A DNA stretch of 64,000 nt. Origin: Candidatus Hydrogenedentota bacterium. GTDB lineage: Bacteria; Hydrogenedentota; Hydrogenedentia; Hydrogenedentales; SLHB01. Both the position numbers and the translations under genes were made by a program. The notes under the pieces were generated by a model. That model saw only the letters and a program-made list of their open reading frames with translations, made no database searches and was not told the DNA's origin. The DNA lies in NCBI GenBank assembly GCA_963668025.2, contig CAXXTH010000023.1:96001-160000 (forward strand), in the 5' to 3' direction. This document shows, piece after piece, positions 20,644 through 31,615 of the stretch; position 1 is the first letter of the stretch; every line of letters begins with the position of its first letter.

Positions 20644-21486
20644 TCAAGGCTCTTCTTGGCGGGATAGCCGGTAACAAGTGGCGTTGCTCGCCAGTATAGG
20701 CTCGAAAGCCTTGTCAAGATTCCTTGTGCTTTCCGCGGCGCCTAAAAAGAGATAGCCATCGGGCGCAAGGGTCTCGCGGAGCCGCCCCAGCACCGTGCGC
20801 TTCGTATCCATGTCATAGTAGGTGAGTAGATTCCGCATGAAAACAAGGCCGGCGTTTTTTAGGTCCGGCCAATCTCGAGCGGGATTCATTTGCTGGAAGG
20901 TTATCCGTTCCCGTATTTCCTTCTTGATACGCCACAAGGATTGCTCGCGGTCGAAATACCGCGCCAGAAATGGCTCAGGCACGCCGTGGGCGGCTTCTTC
21001 GCTGGTATACCACCCGGCTTCCGCCCGTTGGACAATTTCCCTTGAGATGCCGGTCGCTAAAAAGGAGATATCCCAGTTGGCCAATTCCGGAAAATACTCG
21101 TATAAGACCATGGCGATGCTGTACGTTTCTTGGCCGGCCGAGTTGGATGCGCACCAAATCGAAAGGCGCTGTTCGGTGCGCCGTGTTTCTATCAGGCTTG
21201 GGAAAATATATTTTCGCAACGCTTCGAATGGATGCCAATCGCGGAAAAATGGGGTTTCTTGGGAAGCCAGCGCTTCCACGACGTTTTGCAGCAATTCTCC
21301 GCGCTGTTCTTGTTGCAATCGTTCGGGGAGCTCCGATGGCGACGATAGCCCATAACGGCACGCCACCCGTTCGAGGCGGGAAGACATGGCGGCTAATTTG
21401 TCAATCGTGATAAGCACGCCAGACTGGATGCGAATCAAATCCCGAATGGCGCTCAGTATTGCCGGTTCCACCACACTGACCCCCAC
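20644..21486 (-). CDS. cheR: CheR-type protein-glutamate O-methyltransferase
   Basis: QETPFFRD..PF, IWCASNSAGQETYSIAM, FMRNLLTYY, GYLFLGAAES. Confidence 0.88.
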   Translation of the reverse strand: MGVSVVEPAILSAIRDLIRIQSGVLITIDKLAAMSSRLERVACRYGLSSPSELPERLQQEQRGELLQNVVEALASQETPFFRDWHPFEALRKYIFPSLIETRRTEQRLSIWCASNSAGQETYSIAMVLYEYFPELANWDISFLATGISREIVQRAEAGWYTSEEAAHGVPEPFLARYFDREQSLWRIKKEIRERITFQQMNPARDWPDLKNAGLVFMRNLLTYYDMDTKRTVLGRLRETLAPDGYLFLGAAESTRNLDKAFEPILASNATCYRLSRQEEP

Positions 21487-21694
21487 ATCCGAAAACGCGC
21501 CGCTATTTCAAGCACAGTATAGCATATGCGGCCCACCCTCGCGATGGCCCTCGAGCGTTCCTGGCGGTTATCATGAATCAGCATTTTCCAATGATGGCTA
21601 TTGTGCCAGATAATGTACTGTGATAGAATCAAACAAGGAAGTTATGGGAGAGATGGGTACTGGGAACATAACGCGACAATAAGGAGATCGAGAA

Positions 21695-22117
21695 ATGGCT
21701 AATAAAGTTGAATACTACGCCAACACCATAGGGCCAGTTTCCGTGTATGTCCAGATCGAAAATCAAATTCAATTCGCCATTGCATCTGGAAAACTCAAGC
21801 CGGGCGATTGCCTCCCCTCCGTACGGGAAATGTCCGCCATGCTGGATGTGAATCCCAACACCGTCACCAAGGCATACCGCGATCTGGAATTGCTTCAGTT
21901 CGTGAATGCGCGCCGTGGGGTGGGCGTGATCGTAACGGAAAAAGCGCCAAAGATCGCCCATGAGCAGACGCTAAAAATGGTTCGCGAGCATCTGGCTGGC
22001 GCCGTGGCGGAATGTGTCGCCTCGGGGCTTACAGCGCAGGAAGTGCGGGCGGACGTATCCAAAGCCATAGAATCCGGCGCGCGCCCTTACCAATTGGCGA
22101 AAAACAACAAGAAATAA
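21695..22117 (+). CDS. GntR family (YtrA-like) transcriptional regulator
   Basis: LKPGDCLPSVREMS..VNPNTVTKAYRDLE; AAGGAG RBS. Confidence 0.92.
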   Translation: MANKVEYYANTIGPVSVYVQIENQIQFAIASGKLKPGDCLPSVREMSAMLDVNPNTVTKAYRDLELLQFVNARRGVGVIVTEKAPKIAHEQTLKMVREHLAGAVAECVASGLTAQEVRADVSKAIESGARPYQLAKNNKK

Positions 22118-22172
22118 GGCGTGCTGTTTCCGTTCCGAGGCAATAGGGGTGTTGCCGTCGGCGTACGGAAGC

Positions 22173-22853
22173 CTATGCTTTCCATCCATCGTACCCGATG
22201 AGGGGAACGAAGGTGCAAGCAAAGCCTTGCTCTTCCAAAAAATGGCCAGGCGTCCGCGTGATGATGATGAGTTTTTGCATGCGTTCCGAGCCTACGGGGC
22301 ATACGAGGCGTGCGCCAGGAGCAAGCTGTTCTTTCAAGGCCAGGGGCACATGCGGCGCTCCTGCGGTTACGACGATGGCGTCGTATAGCGCCTCGTCCGG
22401 AGCGCCGAGCGTGCCGTCCCCCGTGAGCACCGTGACATTGTGGTAACCAAGCGACGACAAGCGCCCGGCGGCTTCCTTCGCTAGCGCATCGATACGCTCC
22501 ATAGTGACGACATGCCGGGCCAGAAGCGATAGGATGGCGCTTTGATATCCCGAGCCGGTTCCAATCTCGAGCACCAGGCTATCCGGCTCGACGCGTAGCA
22601 GTTCTGTCATGGCGGCCACCATGTAGGGCTGCGAGATGGTCTGGCCTGAGCCGATGCGCAAGGGGCGGTCTTCATAGGCTGCTGCGCGAAGCGGCGCGGG
22701 CACGAAAGCATGGCGCGGCACCCGCCGCATCACATCCAGCACCCGGGGATCGGAAACGCCTCGCGCGATGAGCTGGTTCAAGATCATGCGCTCGCGTTCT
22801 GCGTGGAAAGCCCCGTCATCTGGGCAAGGCGAATATCCGTTTGGAGCAGGCAT
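22173..22853 (-). CDS. pcm: Protein-L-isoaspartate O-methyltransferase
   Basis: VPRHAFV, GQTISQPY, VLEIGTGSGY, FVPLIG. Confidence 0.95.
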   Translation of the reverse strand: MPAPNGYSPCPDDGAFHAERERMILNQLIARGVSDPRVLDVMRRVPRHAFVPAPLRAAAYEDRPLRIGSGQTISQPYMVAAMTELLRVEPDSLVLEIGTGSGYQSAILSLLARHVVTMERIDALAKEAAGRLSSLGYHNVTVLTGDGTLGAPDEALYDAIVVTAGAPHVPLALKEQLAPGARLVCPVGSERMQKLIIITRTPGHFLEEQGFACTFVPLIGYDGWKA

Positions 22854-22858
22854 GCGCG

Positions 22859-23146
22859 CTACCGAACGGGCGGCATTGCGCCCACGAAAATTTCACGCAT
22901 CAGCCATACCAGCAGCAGCGCCGCCAACGGACCGAAATCCATGGGGCCCATGGAAGGCAGCAGGCGGCGCAAGCGCTGGATGAGCGGATCAACGGCTGCC
23001 GTGATGAACCGCAGCCGGCCATGCTGGATATTCACATCCAGATAAGGCCCCACCCACCGAATCAAGATGCAAAGCATGTATAAGGTCATCGCATCCCATA
23101 ATACGGTGCGCACGATTTGCGTGCTTAAATAACTCATCCGAACCAA
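22859..23146 (-). CDS. yggT: YggT family membrane protein
   Basis: DPLIQRLRRLLPSMGPMDFGPL. Confidence 0.85.
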   Translation of the reverse strand: MVRMSYLSTQIVRTVLWDAMTLYMLCILIRWVGPYLDVNIQHGRLRFITAAVDPLIQRLRRLLPSMGPMDFGPLAALLLVWLMREIFVGAMPPVR

Positions 23147-23167
23147 ACCCCGCTATTCTTTGTGCTA

Positions 23168-23734
23168 TCAGGAAAAGAGAAACTCCCGCAGGCGGCGGTG
23201 AATAGGCCCCTGCGGCGTTAATTCACTCGAGAATAATGACACACCCGCCACCGGGAATGCACCCCCCTCGAAATCGCGCTCGCGCGATAGATAGGGCATA
23301 AGCCGTTTCCCGTATTCCGCTTCTTTGATCCGCGCAAGAGTCAGATGGGGAGTGAACGGGCGGCGCTCCCGGGGAAGCCCCAGGGCGCATGCTTCTTCTT
23401 CCGCAATCGCCTGCACGGCATCGAGCGCATTGCCGCTTCCCGTGATTCCCGCCCAGATAACGCTAGGCCGATGAATATTCGGAAACGCGCCCGTGCCGCA
23501 TACCTGCAATTCGAAATGCTTCATTCCCTGATATCGCAGCGCCAGTAGTTCCTCTAGGCGGAGCGCGTCCGCAGGGGTGATTTCGCCCAGAAAGCGCAAG
23601 GTCAAATGCATATGCTCGGGCCGCACCCAAGAGACGCGCGCCTCGGCTTCGCGCAGCCGCCCAATGAGTTCATGCAAAGCGGCCTTGATCGTATCTGGCA
23701 GCTCGATAGCAATGAATGCCCTCATGTCCGCCAC
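23168..23734 (-). CDS. thpR: RNA 2',3'-cyclic phosphodiesterase (2H family)
   Basis: MRAFIAI, two HxT motifs (HLTLRFLG, PHLTLAR). Confidence 0.93.
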   Translation of the reverse strand: MADMRAFIAIELPDTIKAALHELIGRLREAEARVSWVRPEHMHLTLRFLGEITPADALRLEELLALRYQGMKHFELQVCGTGAFPNIHRPSVIWAGITGSGNALDAVQAIAEEEACALGLPRERRPFTPHLTLARIKEAEYGKRLMPYLSRERDFEGGAFPVAGVSLFSSELTPQGPIHRRLREFLFS

Positions 23735-24399
23735 TCCGCTCTAAGCTTCCGCCAGGCTTCATCATCCGCACAAACATCGGGTATGCCGATGTCCGCGATC
23801 TCGAGCTGGCCCAGGTAATCGAGGGCGTCCGGCTTATCGAAGCCTCGCTTCTTGAATTGGAACGTGATGGTGCGCCATGCGCGCACGCAGCAACCGCAAG
23901 GCCGCCCCGTATCGGCGTCCAGGCCGGAAGGCACATCCACGGCGATGGTGGGCAAATCCGGCCAGGCGTTTATCGCGGCCCGGGCGACGCCGCGCACCTC
24001 GCCTTGGATTCCGGTGCCGAGAAGGGCGTCCACCAGCACGGCGCACCCCGCCAGGCCTCGCACGGCCCGCGCGGCTTCCGCTTCGGTGGATGCGCAGGTG
24101 AGTTTGCCGCCCAGCCGCCGGTAGGCATTCAGGAATATGGCGGCATCGCCTCGCACTTCTTCGGGTGTTGCAGTTAACACCGCGTGCGTTTCAAGGCCTG
24201 CGAGAAGCGCCAGCCGCGCCACGACATACCCGTCGCCGCCATTATTGCCCTTGCCGCATACCACGCCCACGGGGCCTTGGGTGATCGCGCGAAACACAGC
24301 GGCTCCCGCATTATGCATCAACACCGCGCCGGGAATGCCGAGTTCCTCAATGCACCGCCGGTCCGCCTCGCGCATTTGCACTACGCTGAGTGATTGCAT
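23722..24399 (-). CDS. nnrE: NAD(P)H-hydrate epimerase (stand-alone YjeF_N)
   Basis: CGKGNNGGDG, VDALLGTG, AVDVPSG. Confidence 0.92.
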   Translation of the reverse strand: MQSLSVVQMREADRRCIEELGIPGAVLMHNAGAAVFRAITQGPVGVVCGKGNNGGDGYVVARLALLAGLETHAVLTATPEEVRGDAAIFLNAYRRLGGKLTCASTEAEAARAVRGLAGCAVLVDALLGTGIQGEVRGVARAAINAWPDLPTIAVDVPSGLDADTGRPCGCCVRAWRTITFQFKKRGFDKPDALDYLGQLEIADIGIPDVCADDEAWRKLRAEWRT

Positions 24400-24554
24400 G
24401 GCGCGCTCCTTAAGTTTGGCGCATTTGTCGAGTTTCTCCAATGTCACCTTCTATTCTATACGAACGCATCCTGTGGGTGTATAATTGAAGCGAAAATTTC
24501 TCCATCAAGAAATGAGGCTGCCTGCGCTATTGCTTGCGACGGAAAGGAGCGGAG

Positions 24555-25499
24555 ATGTCAATGAGGCACGCCCGCCGACAATTGAAATTCGCAGTTGTGG
24601 TAGCGTTTGTACTTCTTGGCGTTATTGCCGTATGGCAGTTAACGGCAAGACATGAGCCGCAGCCTGCTGTTCTGTCGCCAGGAATACCCAATAGTATGGC
24701 CAATGTGGCGCAGGCAGCCGTAGAGAGTCCCTCTGTTTCATCGGACAGGATATCAGAGTCTGGTTCGGACGAAGTGCAAGGATATGGCGAGTCCGTCGAC
24801 CGTGCAGTGAAAAACGCGAGCGATCGTATACTGCATCTTTTCAAGACGAACTACACACGCAAGGAAGCCGCTAAGAAACTAACGAGTGGATTCCAGCGGA
24901 ACCTTCTGACTCTTAACAAAACGCAGTTGTTGGCCAAGGCCGAGCAGTGCGAACGGAATGCAGTGCGATGGCGAGACTCCGAAGCCGGAGGTCTCCAGAG
25001 CCGAACGGCCGCTGCTTACTATCGGAACGCGGCTGAATTGACGCCTTTCGAGTACTATCCAGAAGAGTACGTAAAATTGCTTCAGCGAGTGCTCGACAAC
25101 ATTGAGGACGCTGCTTTTGCAGAGCACCAGAACGATCCGGAAGTGGGCGCCTTCACCGCTGGTGCGGAACTCCTTTATTGTCTGAGAAGTGGGCATAGTG
25201 AGGGATTGACATTCCAAGGATCGGCAATTGACTATAACCGAGCGCTAGAATGGTTTGATAAGAGCGAAGCTTTATTGAATCAGAAAGAAGCGCTTCCTGA
25301 AGAGGAAATGTGGTTCCCGCCAAGTCTTCTGATGTCTCGAGGCGAATCTCTTTGGGCTCTCGGACGAGTTGGTGACGCTCTAGAATCATTCGACCAGCTA
25401 AAAGAGGATTATCCAAATTCGGATGCGTTCACCTTTCATCTAAGGAATTTCCTTGATCAGCCATCGAATCGTTATTACATGAGCCGATATTTCGAGTAA
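24555..25499 (+). CDS. Membrane-anchored hypothetical protein with TPR-like C-terminus
   Basis: N-terminal TM helix; C-terminal LMSRGESLWALGRVGDALESFDQLKEDYPNS. Confidence 0.6.
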   Translation: MSMRHARRQLKFAVVVAFVLLGVIAVWQLTARHEPQPAVLSPGIPNSMANVAQAAVESPSVSSDRISESGSDEVQGYGESVDRAVKNASDRILHLFKTNYTRKEAAKKLTSGFQRNLLTLNKTQLLAKAEQCERNAVRWRDSEAGGLQSRTAAAYYRNAAELTPFEYYPEEYVKLLQRVLDNIEDAAFAEHQNDPEVGAFTAGAELLYCLRSGHSEGLTFQGSAIDYNRALEWFDKSEALLNQKEALPEEEMWFPPSLLMSRGESLWALGRVGDALESFDQLKEDYPNSDAFTFHLRNFLDQPSNRYYMSRYFE

Positions 25500-25746
25500 T
25501 ACATATTCCGGCACGAATAGGCCATCGGATACGGTCGTTCACGCTCATCGAATGCGGAGGCGGGCGGTCGCGTGATTCGATGACGCGGTCCGGTGGTCCA
25601 TAGGAGATAGTAGAACGCGGGCGCCGCTAGTGCGAGGATACGAGACGTGAGAAAGGCAGACGATGGGTCCCATTTCTCCCCGGGACAAGACGACTGAACG
25701 CCAGCCATGATTACACTCGTCTGGAGTGTCTACTGAAGTCTGGTTC

Positions 25747-27762
25747 TCAATTGGCTGCCGAAGCCAGCCTTTTAGGGGTAATCGCACTGACGCCGGAAAC
25801 CCCCGTCACCGTGCTGAGGGTCCGCTTCACACGCTCGACGCTGTCCCGGTCCGTCGCTTCGAATGTAAAATCGAAGCAGCTCTTGCCGTTTTCTTCTTGG
25901 GCGAATTGGGCTTGAATGATGCATAAGTTCATGGGCCGCATGGCGTTGGTGATATCGGCCAGCATATTGGGCCGTTGCGTGACGCAGACCCGCAACGCCG
26001 CCACCAAGTGCCCTTCACCGGCCCAAGAGGCTTGGATCATCCGATTGGGGTCGCGCTTCGATACAGAAAAGTTCTTGCAGTCCGCTTGATGGATGGTAAT
26101 GCCAGTTCCCCTGGTGGCATATCCAATGACTGGCTGGCCGGGCATGGGATTGCAGCATTTCGCGAACGATACGGCGACGCCTCCACCTCCGTCGATGAGA
26201 ATCATCTTCTCGCGCGTTTCATCGTCCACATCATGGCGGACCTTTTGGCGCGGTTCCGCCACGGCGACGGCATCCGCGGCGTGTCGGCGGATTTGGCCAT
26301 CCAAGGGCTCGAGTGCGCCCAATTCGCGCAAGCGTTGCCGGATGCGCGTGCGCGCCTTTCCGCTCACCACGATGTCCAGCCAATCGAGATGGGGCGTTTG
26401 ATTCTTCGAGGTCAAGATCTCGACCACATCGCCGGTCTGCAAATTGTAGCGTAGCGGCACCATGCGGCTATTGACGCGCGCACCGATGCAATGATGGCCT
26501 ATATCCGAGTGGATGAGGTAAGCGAAATCGAGGGGCGTCGCGCCGCTGGGCAATTCTTTCACCTCGCCCTTGGGCGTGAACACATAGACATCCGACTCCT
26601 CGACATCGCGCCGCACGTTGTCCACGAACTCGTCCGGCGTATGGGCGTCTTGCAGCCACTCATACATTTGCCGGAGCCATTTAAGCTGGCGTTCGAGTTT
26701 CGGGTCTTGTTTGTGGCCTTCTTTATAGACCCAGTGGGCCGAAATGCCCTCGCGGGCGGTGCGGTCCATTTCTTCGGTGCGAATCTGCACTTCGAGGGGC
26801 AGCCCGTTATCGCGCATGACCGTCGTGTGGATGGATTGGTACATATTAATTTTCGGCATGGCGATATAGTCTTTGAAACGGCCTGGCACGGGGGGCCAGA
26901 GCCGGTGGACCACGCCCAAGGCGTTGTAGCAGCCGCTCACGGTCTGCGTGATGATCCGCACCGCGAGGACATCCATCACTTGATCAAAGTCTTTGCCCTG
27001 CTGGATCATCTTCTGGTAGATGCTATACAGGTGTTTCGGGCGGCCTATGACGCGCGCATCCACCTCCGCCTCGGACAAGCGTTCTTCGAGAAACCGGCAG
27101 GTGTCAGCAAGCCAGATCTCGCGCTCGCGCCGCTTCATGGCCACGCGTGCTGCGATGTTCTTATATTCCCCCGGATGGAGCTGGTGAAACGCATGGTCCT
27201 CGAGTTCCCATTTCCACCGGGCAATACCGAGGCGGTGGGCCAGCGGGGCATAGATATCGAGCGTCTCGCGGGAAATGCGCTTGCGCTTGTCTTCCGGCAA
27301 CACGTCGATGGTGCGCATGTTATGCAACCGGTCCGCGAGCTTAATCAGAATCACCCGCACATCCTGCGCCGTGGCCACGAGCATTTTTCGCAGATTCACC
27401 GCCTGTTTGGCTTCCTGGCTCGTAATCTCTTTCGGGAAACTCAAGGCGCTGATCTTCGTCATCGAGTCCACCAGCCGGGCGATCTCCTCGCCAAACTCCT
27501 GCACCAATTGCTCGCGCTTCCAGGAAGTGTCTTCGATGGTGTCATGCAGCAGGCCCGCTGCGATGGTGGTGGTATCGAGCCGCAACTGCGCCAAGATTTG
27601 GGCCACTTCGATGCAGTGCATGATATATGGCTCGCCGGAAATGCGGGTTTGCCCCGCATGGGCCTCGTTGGCCACCCGGTACGCCTTGCGGATCAACTCG
27701 ATATCGCCCTTGGGCGTGGTCTTGCGAAACTGCTTTAGAAGCTTGGCGAATGCTTGTCTCAT
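25747..27762 (-). CDS. rel: Bifunctional (p)ppGpp synthetase/hydrolase
   Basis: HD motif GLLHDTIED, LIKLADRLHNMRT, GRPKHLYSI, TGS (GATPLDFAY) and C-terminal ACT region. Confidence 0.96.
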   Translation of the reverse strand: MRQAFAKLLKQFRKTTPKGDIELIRKAYRVANEAHAGQTRISGEPYIMHCIEVAQILAQLRLDTTTIAAGLLHDTIEDTSWKREQLVQEFGEEIARLVDSMTKISALSFPKEITSQEAKQAVNLRKMLVATAQDVRVILIKLADRLHNMRTIDVLPEDKRKRISRETLDIYAPLAHRLGIARWKWELEDHAFHQLHPGEYKNIAARVAMKRREREIWLADTCRFLEERLSEAEVDARVIGRPKHLYSIYQKMIQQGKDFDQVMDVLAVRIITQTVSGCYNALGVVHRLWPPVPGRFKDYIAMPKINMYQSIHTTVMRDNGLPLEVQIRTEEMDRTAREGISAHWVYKEGHKQDPKLERQLKWLRQMYEWLQDAHTPDEFVDNVRRDVEESDVYVFTPKGEVKELPSGATPLDFAYLIHSDIGHHCIGARVNSRMVPLRYNLQTGDVVEILTSKNQTPHLDWLDIVVSGKARTRIRQRLRELGALEPLDGQIRRHAADAVAVAEPRQKVRHDVDDETREKMILIDGGGGVAVSFAKCCNPMPGQPVIGYATRGTGITIHQADCKNFSVSKRDPNRMIQASWAGEGHLVAALRVCVTQRPNMLADITNAMRPMNLCIIQAQFAQEENGKSCFDFTFEATDRDSVERVKRTLSTVTGVSGVSAITPKRLASAAN

Positions 27763-27851
27763 GATACCTCGAATTCATGCTAACTGGACGGACGCTTGCT
27801 CGCTCCGCCTCATTGTAACACGTTATATGAAGCGTATCATGCCTGCAAACG

Positions 27852-27905
27852 CCCGTAGCATGGCCGTCCCGGCCATGCGCATGGGCGGGACGCCCATGCT
27901 ACGGG
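27852..27905. repeat. REP-like (GTAG-type) inverted doublet
   Basis: CCCGTAGCATGGCCGTCCCGGCCATG-CG-CATGGGCGGGACGCCCATGCTACGGG; second copy at 36132-36203. Confidence 0.85.
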
Positions 27906-28058
27906 AATTGTGTGGCATAGGCTTTTTCTCTTCTCCGCGATTCGTAATGCTTTAGCCGAGTGGTGAAGAATGACCGGCGAGGGCGCCGGTCGCTATATAG
28001 AATATCGATACCGGTGCAAGGCAATAAACAAAACTCGATAGACACAATCCTTCAAGAA

Positions 28059-28340
28059 CTATCTTCCCATTGCGGGAAGAAATCCAATGACTACCGCGAG
28101 CGCCAGCAATATCAATTGGACCACCACACCGGTCCGTGTGCTCCACCAAGAATCAACGCGGCCTTGCCCTTCGCCTGTGCGCTCCTTGTATTTTTTGGCC
28201 CAACAAGCAATGAAGATTAAGGCTATGAGATAGAACCCCGAAAGCGCAATCCCATGGGAACCTTGAACCGCCCAAGGCGCGGCAACTGCCCCCAAAAGAA
28301 GGATTGTAGCTGCGGCAATGAAAACCCAGCTCTTAAACAT
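28059..28340 (-). CDS. Small hypothetical membrane protein (3 TM)
   Basis: 93-aa hydrophobic ORF directly downstream of glyA; GGAG RBS. Confidence 0.6.
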   Translation of the reverse strand: MFKSWVFIAAATILLLGAVAAPWAVQGSHGIALSGFYLIALIFIACWAKKYKERTGEGQGRVDSWWSTRTGVVVQLILLALAVVIGFLPAMGR

Positions 28341-28353
28341 GCTTTACTCCCAT

Positions 28354-29883
28354 TTATTGGACGGAAGTAAAATAGGTGCGCAGAAATTCGAGGTCGAGTT
28401 CCGGGTATACCGGGAAACGTCCTAGAAGCGCGCGCACGCGGGTGCGCGCTTCTTCATGCGCTTTCGGATTCACTGCGTACTTGGCTTTGCTGGTTTGGCC
28501 TGCGTTGGGGCCCGATTCGACCACTTCCGGTTTCGTGTTCGCAAGAACGAGCTTCAGTATCGCGGCGATTTCTTTCATTTCCGGTTCGCCCATGCCCAGC
28601 GTCGTGACGGCGGGCGTGCCGATGCGCAGGCCGCTCGTGTACCACGGGCCATTGGCGTCATACGGCAGCGAATTGCGGTTGAGGGTGATGCCGCACTCGC
28701 GCAAGGCGCTCTCCGCCTGGCGGCCGGTGAGGCCGAAGCCGGTCACATTGATCAGCATCAGGTGGTTGTCCGTACCGCCGGTGGCGATGGGCAGGCCTTC
28801 GTCCATGCAGGCTTGGGCCAGTATGCGGGCATTGGCCGCGATGCGATGGGCGTATTCCTTAAAGGCCGGCGTGCTGGCTTCCGTGAGCGTGATGGCTTTC
28901 GCCGCCATGACATGAGGCAGCGGCCCGCCGATGACGAGCGGGCATCCCTTGTTCACGGATTCCGCGAATTCCTCCGTGCAGAGCACAATGCCGCCGCGCG
29001 GCCCGCGCAAGGTTTTATGGGTCGTGCTGGTGACGACATGCGCATGCGCCACGGGGTTGAGGTCGCCCTCGAAGACGCCTCCCGCCACGAGGCCCGCGAA
29101 GTGGGCCATATCGACCATGAGGACCGAGCCTGCCTTGTCCGCGATCTCGCGTAGGCGGCGGAAGCTGATGGCGCGCGGATAGGCGCTATACCCCGCGAGG
29201 AGGATGAGCGGTTTGAGCTCGATAGCCATGCGTTCGAGTTCATCGTAATCGAGCAAGCCCGTCTCGCGGTTCACACCGTAATTATATGAGTCGAACATCA
29301 TCGCCGAGATGTTATGCCGGTAGCCATGGGTCAAGTGGCCGCCCGAGTAATAATCCATGCCCAACAAACGCTGGTTGCCCATCTTCGCGCGCAGGGCGTT
29401 CCAGTCCTCGCGCGCCATTTTGGACACGTCTTTCACCTCCATCCGCGCCAGTTCAGGCGTCTCGACGCGCGTCTGGAGGATGGCCCAATAGGCGATGAGA
29501 TTGGCGTCCGCGCCGCTGTGTGGCTGGACATAGGCGTGGTCGCATCCGAACAGCTTGCACGCCGTTTCGCAGGCATAGGCCTCGATGTCGTCGACATTGT
29601 GGCAGCCCGCGTAAAAACGGTGGCCCGCGTAGCCTTCCGCGTACTTATCCGTGAGCAGATTGCCCATGGCGAGCTGCGTGGCGAGTGAGCAATAATTCTC
29701 GCTCGCGATAAGTTTCAGATTCGAGCGTTGATCCGCGAGTTCGCTCACGATGGACTTGGCGACCGATGGGGCCGTTTGGGCCACGACGCTGAGATTGGAC
29801 AGATACGCCAAAAAACCGGCATCCACATGCGCCGGGTCTACGGATTTCAGATACGCTTGTATCGCCGCATTTGCTTGTGCCAC
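28354..29883 (-). CDS. glyA: Serine hydroxymethyltransferase (long form)
   Basis: [39 protein letters not shown]; GTG start with AAGGAG RBS. Confidence 0.96.
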   Translation of the reverse strand: MAQANAAIQAYLKSVDPAHVDAGFLAYLSNLSVVAQTAPSVAKSIVSELADQRSNLKLIASENYCSLATQLAMGNLLTDKYAEGYAGHRFYAGCHNVDDIEAYACETACKLFGCDHAYVQPHSGADANLIAYWAILQTRVETPELARMEVKDVSKMAREDWNALRAKMGNQRLLGMDYYSGGHLTHGYRHNISAMMFDSYNYGVNRETGLLDYDELERMAIELKPLILLAGYSAYPRAISFRRLREIADKAGSVLMVDMAHFAGLVAGGVFEGDLNPVAHAHVVTSTTHKTLRGPRGGIVLCTEEFAESVNKGCPLVIGGPLPHVMAAKAITLTEASTPAFKEYAHRIAANARILAQACMDEGLPIATGGTDNHLMLINVTGFGLTGRQAESALRECGITLNRNSLPYDANGPWYTSGLRIGTPAVTTLGMGEPEMKEIAAILKLVLANTKPEVVESGPNAGQTSKAKYAVNPKAHEEARTRVRALLGRFPVYPELDLEFLRTYFTSVQ

Positions 29884-30178
29884 GGATCGACTCCTTCTGA
29901 TATACATATCCTTCCACAAGGCATGATTCCACCCTTGATGGATAGACAGCTTCGAATGAGGAATGATAATACGCTTAGTCCTTAAGGATCAATCGAGACA
30001 CATCCATTCCAGCGGTGAAGAATAGCGGCGCCCCAGGGTCAGGCGTTGAGGTGATGCGGGTTAGACGGGGGGTGGCGAGGCCGACAGGCGACAGGAGGGG
30101 CAGCGGCTGTGCGTAAAGCCGGTGAATGGATGGGCGAGACGTGTAGGGCGGCGGCGCAACCGGGAACGCGCGGGCGCC

Positions 30179-31615
30179 CTATGCGGAACTGAAGCGGATC
30201 TGGATGGCCTCGGTGCAGAGGGCGTCATATTGTTCGCGGGACAGGGTGGCGTTGCGCAGGGCTTCGAGGAGGCGATGGGCAAGGTTTCTGGCGGAGCCAA
30301 AGCCTTTTGGAAAGTGGGCGGCCAGAAGGCTGCCATCCTCCAGGAGTTGCATGAGCAGATGGGCTATCTGCATCAAGAGGTAGTAGATCTTGCTGGCCTG
30401 TTCGTTTTGGGTATAGGCGTGTTCGAGGTTGTAGCCGCCGTTTTTCTGCACGTTGAATGCTTCATTTTCAATCTTCCAGCGTAAGCGTCCTCCTTCATTG
30501 GCCAAGGCGGCCGCATTGTGCGCGGATACGGATACGTTGGTCACCCATTTGAACTTGGTTTTCTTTATCATGCCTTCCGCGTCCGGGCGGGTGTCCACGC
30601 ATTCGAGCACGGACAGGATGTGTTCACGCCGCTCGGAATCGCGGTAGGGGATGTCGTTGACCCAGCGAAACTGCTGGTGGATTTCCTTCTTGTTGCCGCA
30701 ACGCCACGTAAGCTGGTTTTCGGGCGTCGCGGCCGCGAGGCTCTCGAATTCTTCGTTCACGGTGGCCAATTGGCCGTCCGTGAGCGTAATCATGAACTTC
30801 CAGCCATATTGCTGGCACAGCCGAAACACCGGTCCCGTGGCGTACAGGCCGTCCATCGCCAACAGCAGCGGCAAGCGGGGGAATCGGGCATGCAGGCGTG
30901 GGGCCAGCCGGTAGAAGGCTTTGGTCTCGCAATCCTGCTTGCGTTGTTGCTCGCTTTTCGCCAGGTCTTTCTCTGGATTCTCAATGAACTCCGTCATGAG
31001 CGAAAAGACCCACCCGTTTGGCGTGACGATCTTGGACTCCAGCACGGGATGGTAGTAGGTGATCTTGCCGCTCTTGTGCTTGCGCGTGAGGCAATGGGCG
31101 CAGTGGCGATGATCATAACTGCGTGTCCCCGTGGCGTCGATGGCCGCCACGTAGTAGCGCCCGAACAGGCGGTGGGGGTACAACACCTTCTTGTCGATGA
31201 GCGTCTGCGTCATGCCGGAAACGAGTTCCTGGACCGCCTCGAACGGCAAACCGCGAAATACCCCGTTCATCGTATCGCCATGCGGCACGCTGTCCACGTC
31301 AAACAAGACCTTGTACAGATGGACCATGAACGTCGTGTACAACTGCAGGCGGACTTGCCGGCGCGCCCCGAGCCGGCATGCGAACATCAGCACTCCCAAG
31401 AACACCAGCGACGCGACACTGTAGTCCACGTCGCCGGCTTGCTCGGGTTTGCGGGGATCGGGCAAGCCCGCAAAGCGCTTGCGCACCGGGCCAAAGAAGT
31501 GGGTGAACGTCCTCAAGAAGGCCCGGATGATTTCCGGATGCTCTTCTTGCGGGTTTGCAGGAACTGCCGTTGGGCCGCGCCCATGGCCTCGACGAGCTTC
31601 TTGAGCTTTTTCCAT
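30179..31615 (-). CDS. DDE transposase (IS4-like/ISNCY-like; family not firmly assigned)
   Basis: AAIDATG, LAMDGLY, RLRWKIENEAFNVQK; HCAHC insertion. Confidence 0.9.
   Translation of the reverse strand: MEKAQEARRGHGRGPTAVPANPQEEHPEIIRAFLRTFTHFFGPVRKRFAGLPDPRKPEQAGDVDYSVASLVFLGVLMFACRLGARRQVRLQLYTTFMVHLYKVLFDVDSVPHGDTMNGVFRGLPFEAVQELVSGMTQTLIDKKVLYPHRLFGRYYVAAIDATGTRSYDHRHCAHCLTRKHKSGKITYYHPVLESKIVTPNGWVFSLMTEFIENPEKDLAKSEQQRKQDCETKAFYRLAPRLHARFPRLPLLLAMDGLYATGPVFRLCQQYGWKFMITLTDGQLATVNEEFESLAAATPENQLTWRCGNKKEIHQQFRWVNDIPYRDSERREHILSVLECVDTRPDAEGMIKKTKFKWVTNVSVSAHNAAALANEGGRLRWKIENEAFNVQKNGGYNLEHAYTQNEQASKIYYLLMQIAHLLMQLLEDGSLLAAHFPKGFGSARNLAHRLLEALRNATLSREQYDALCTEAIQIRFSSA

Noticed and set aside
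21610-21680. YtrA-type operator upstream of the GntR gene
   Set aside because: TGTAC/GGTAC half-sites are present, but I found no convincing palindrome.
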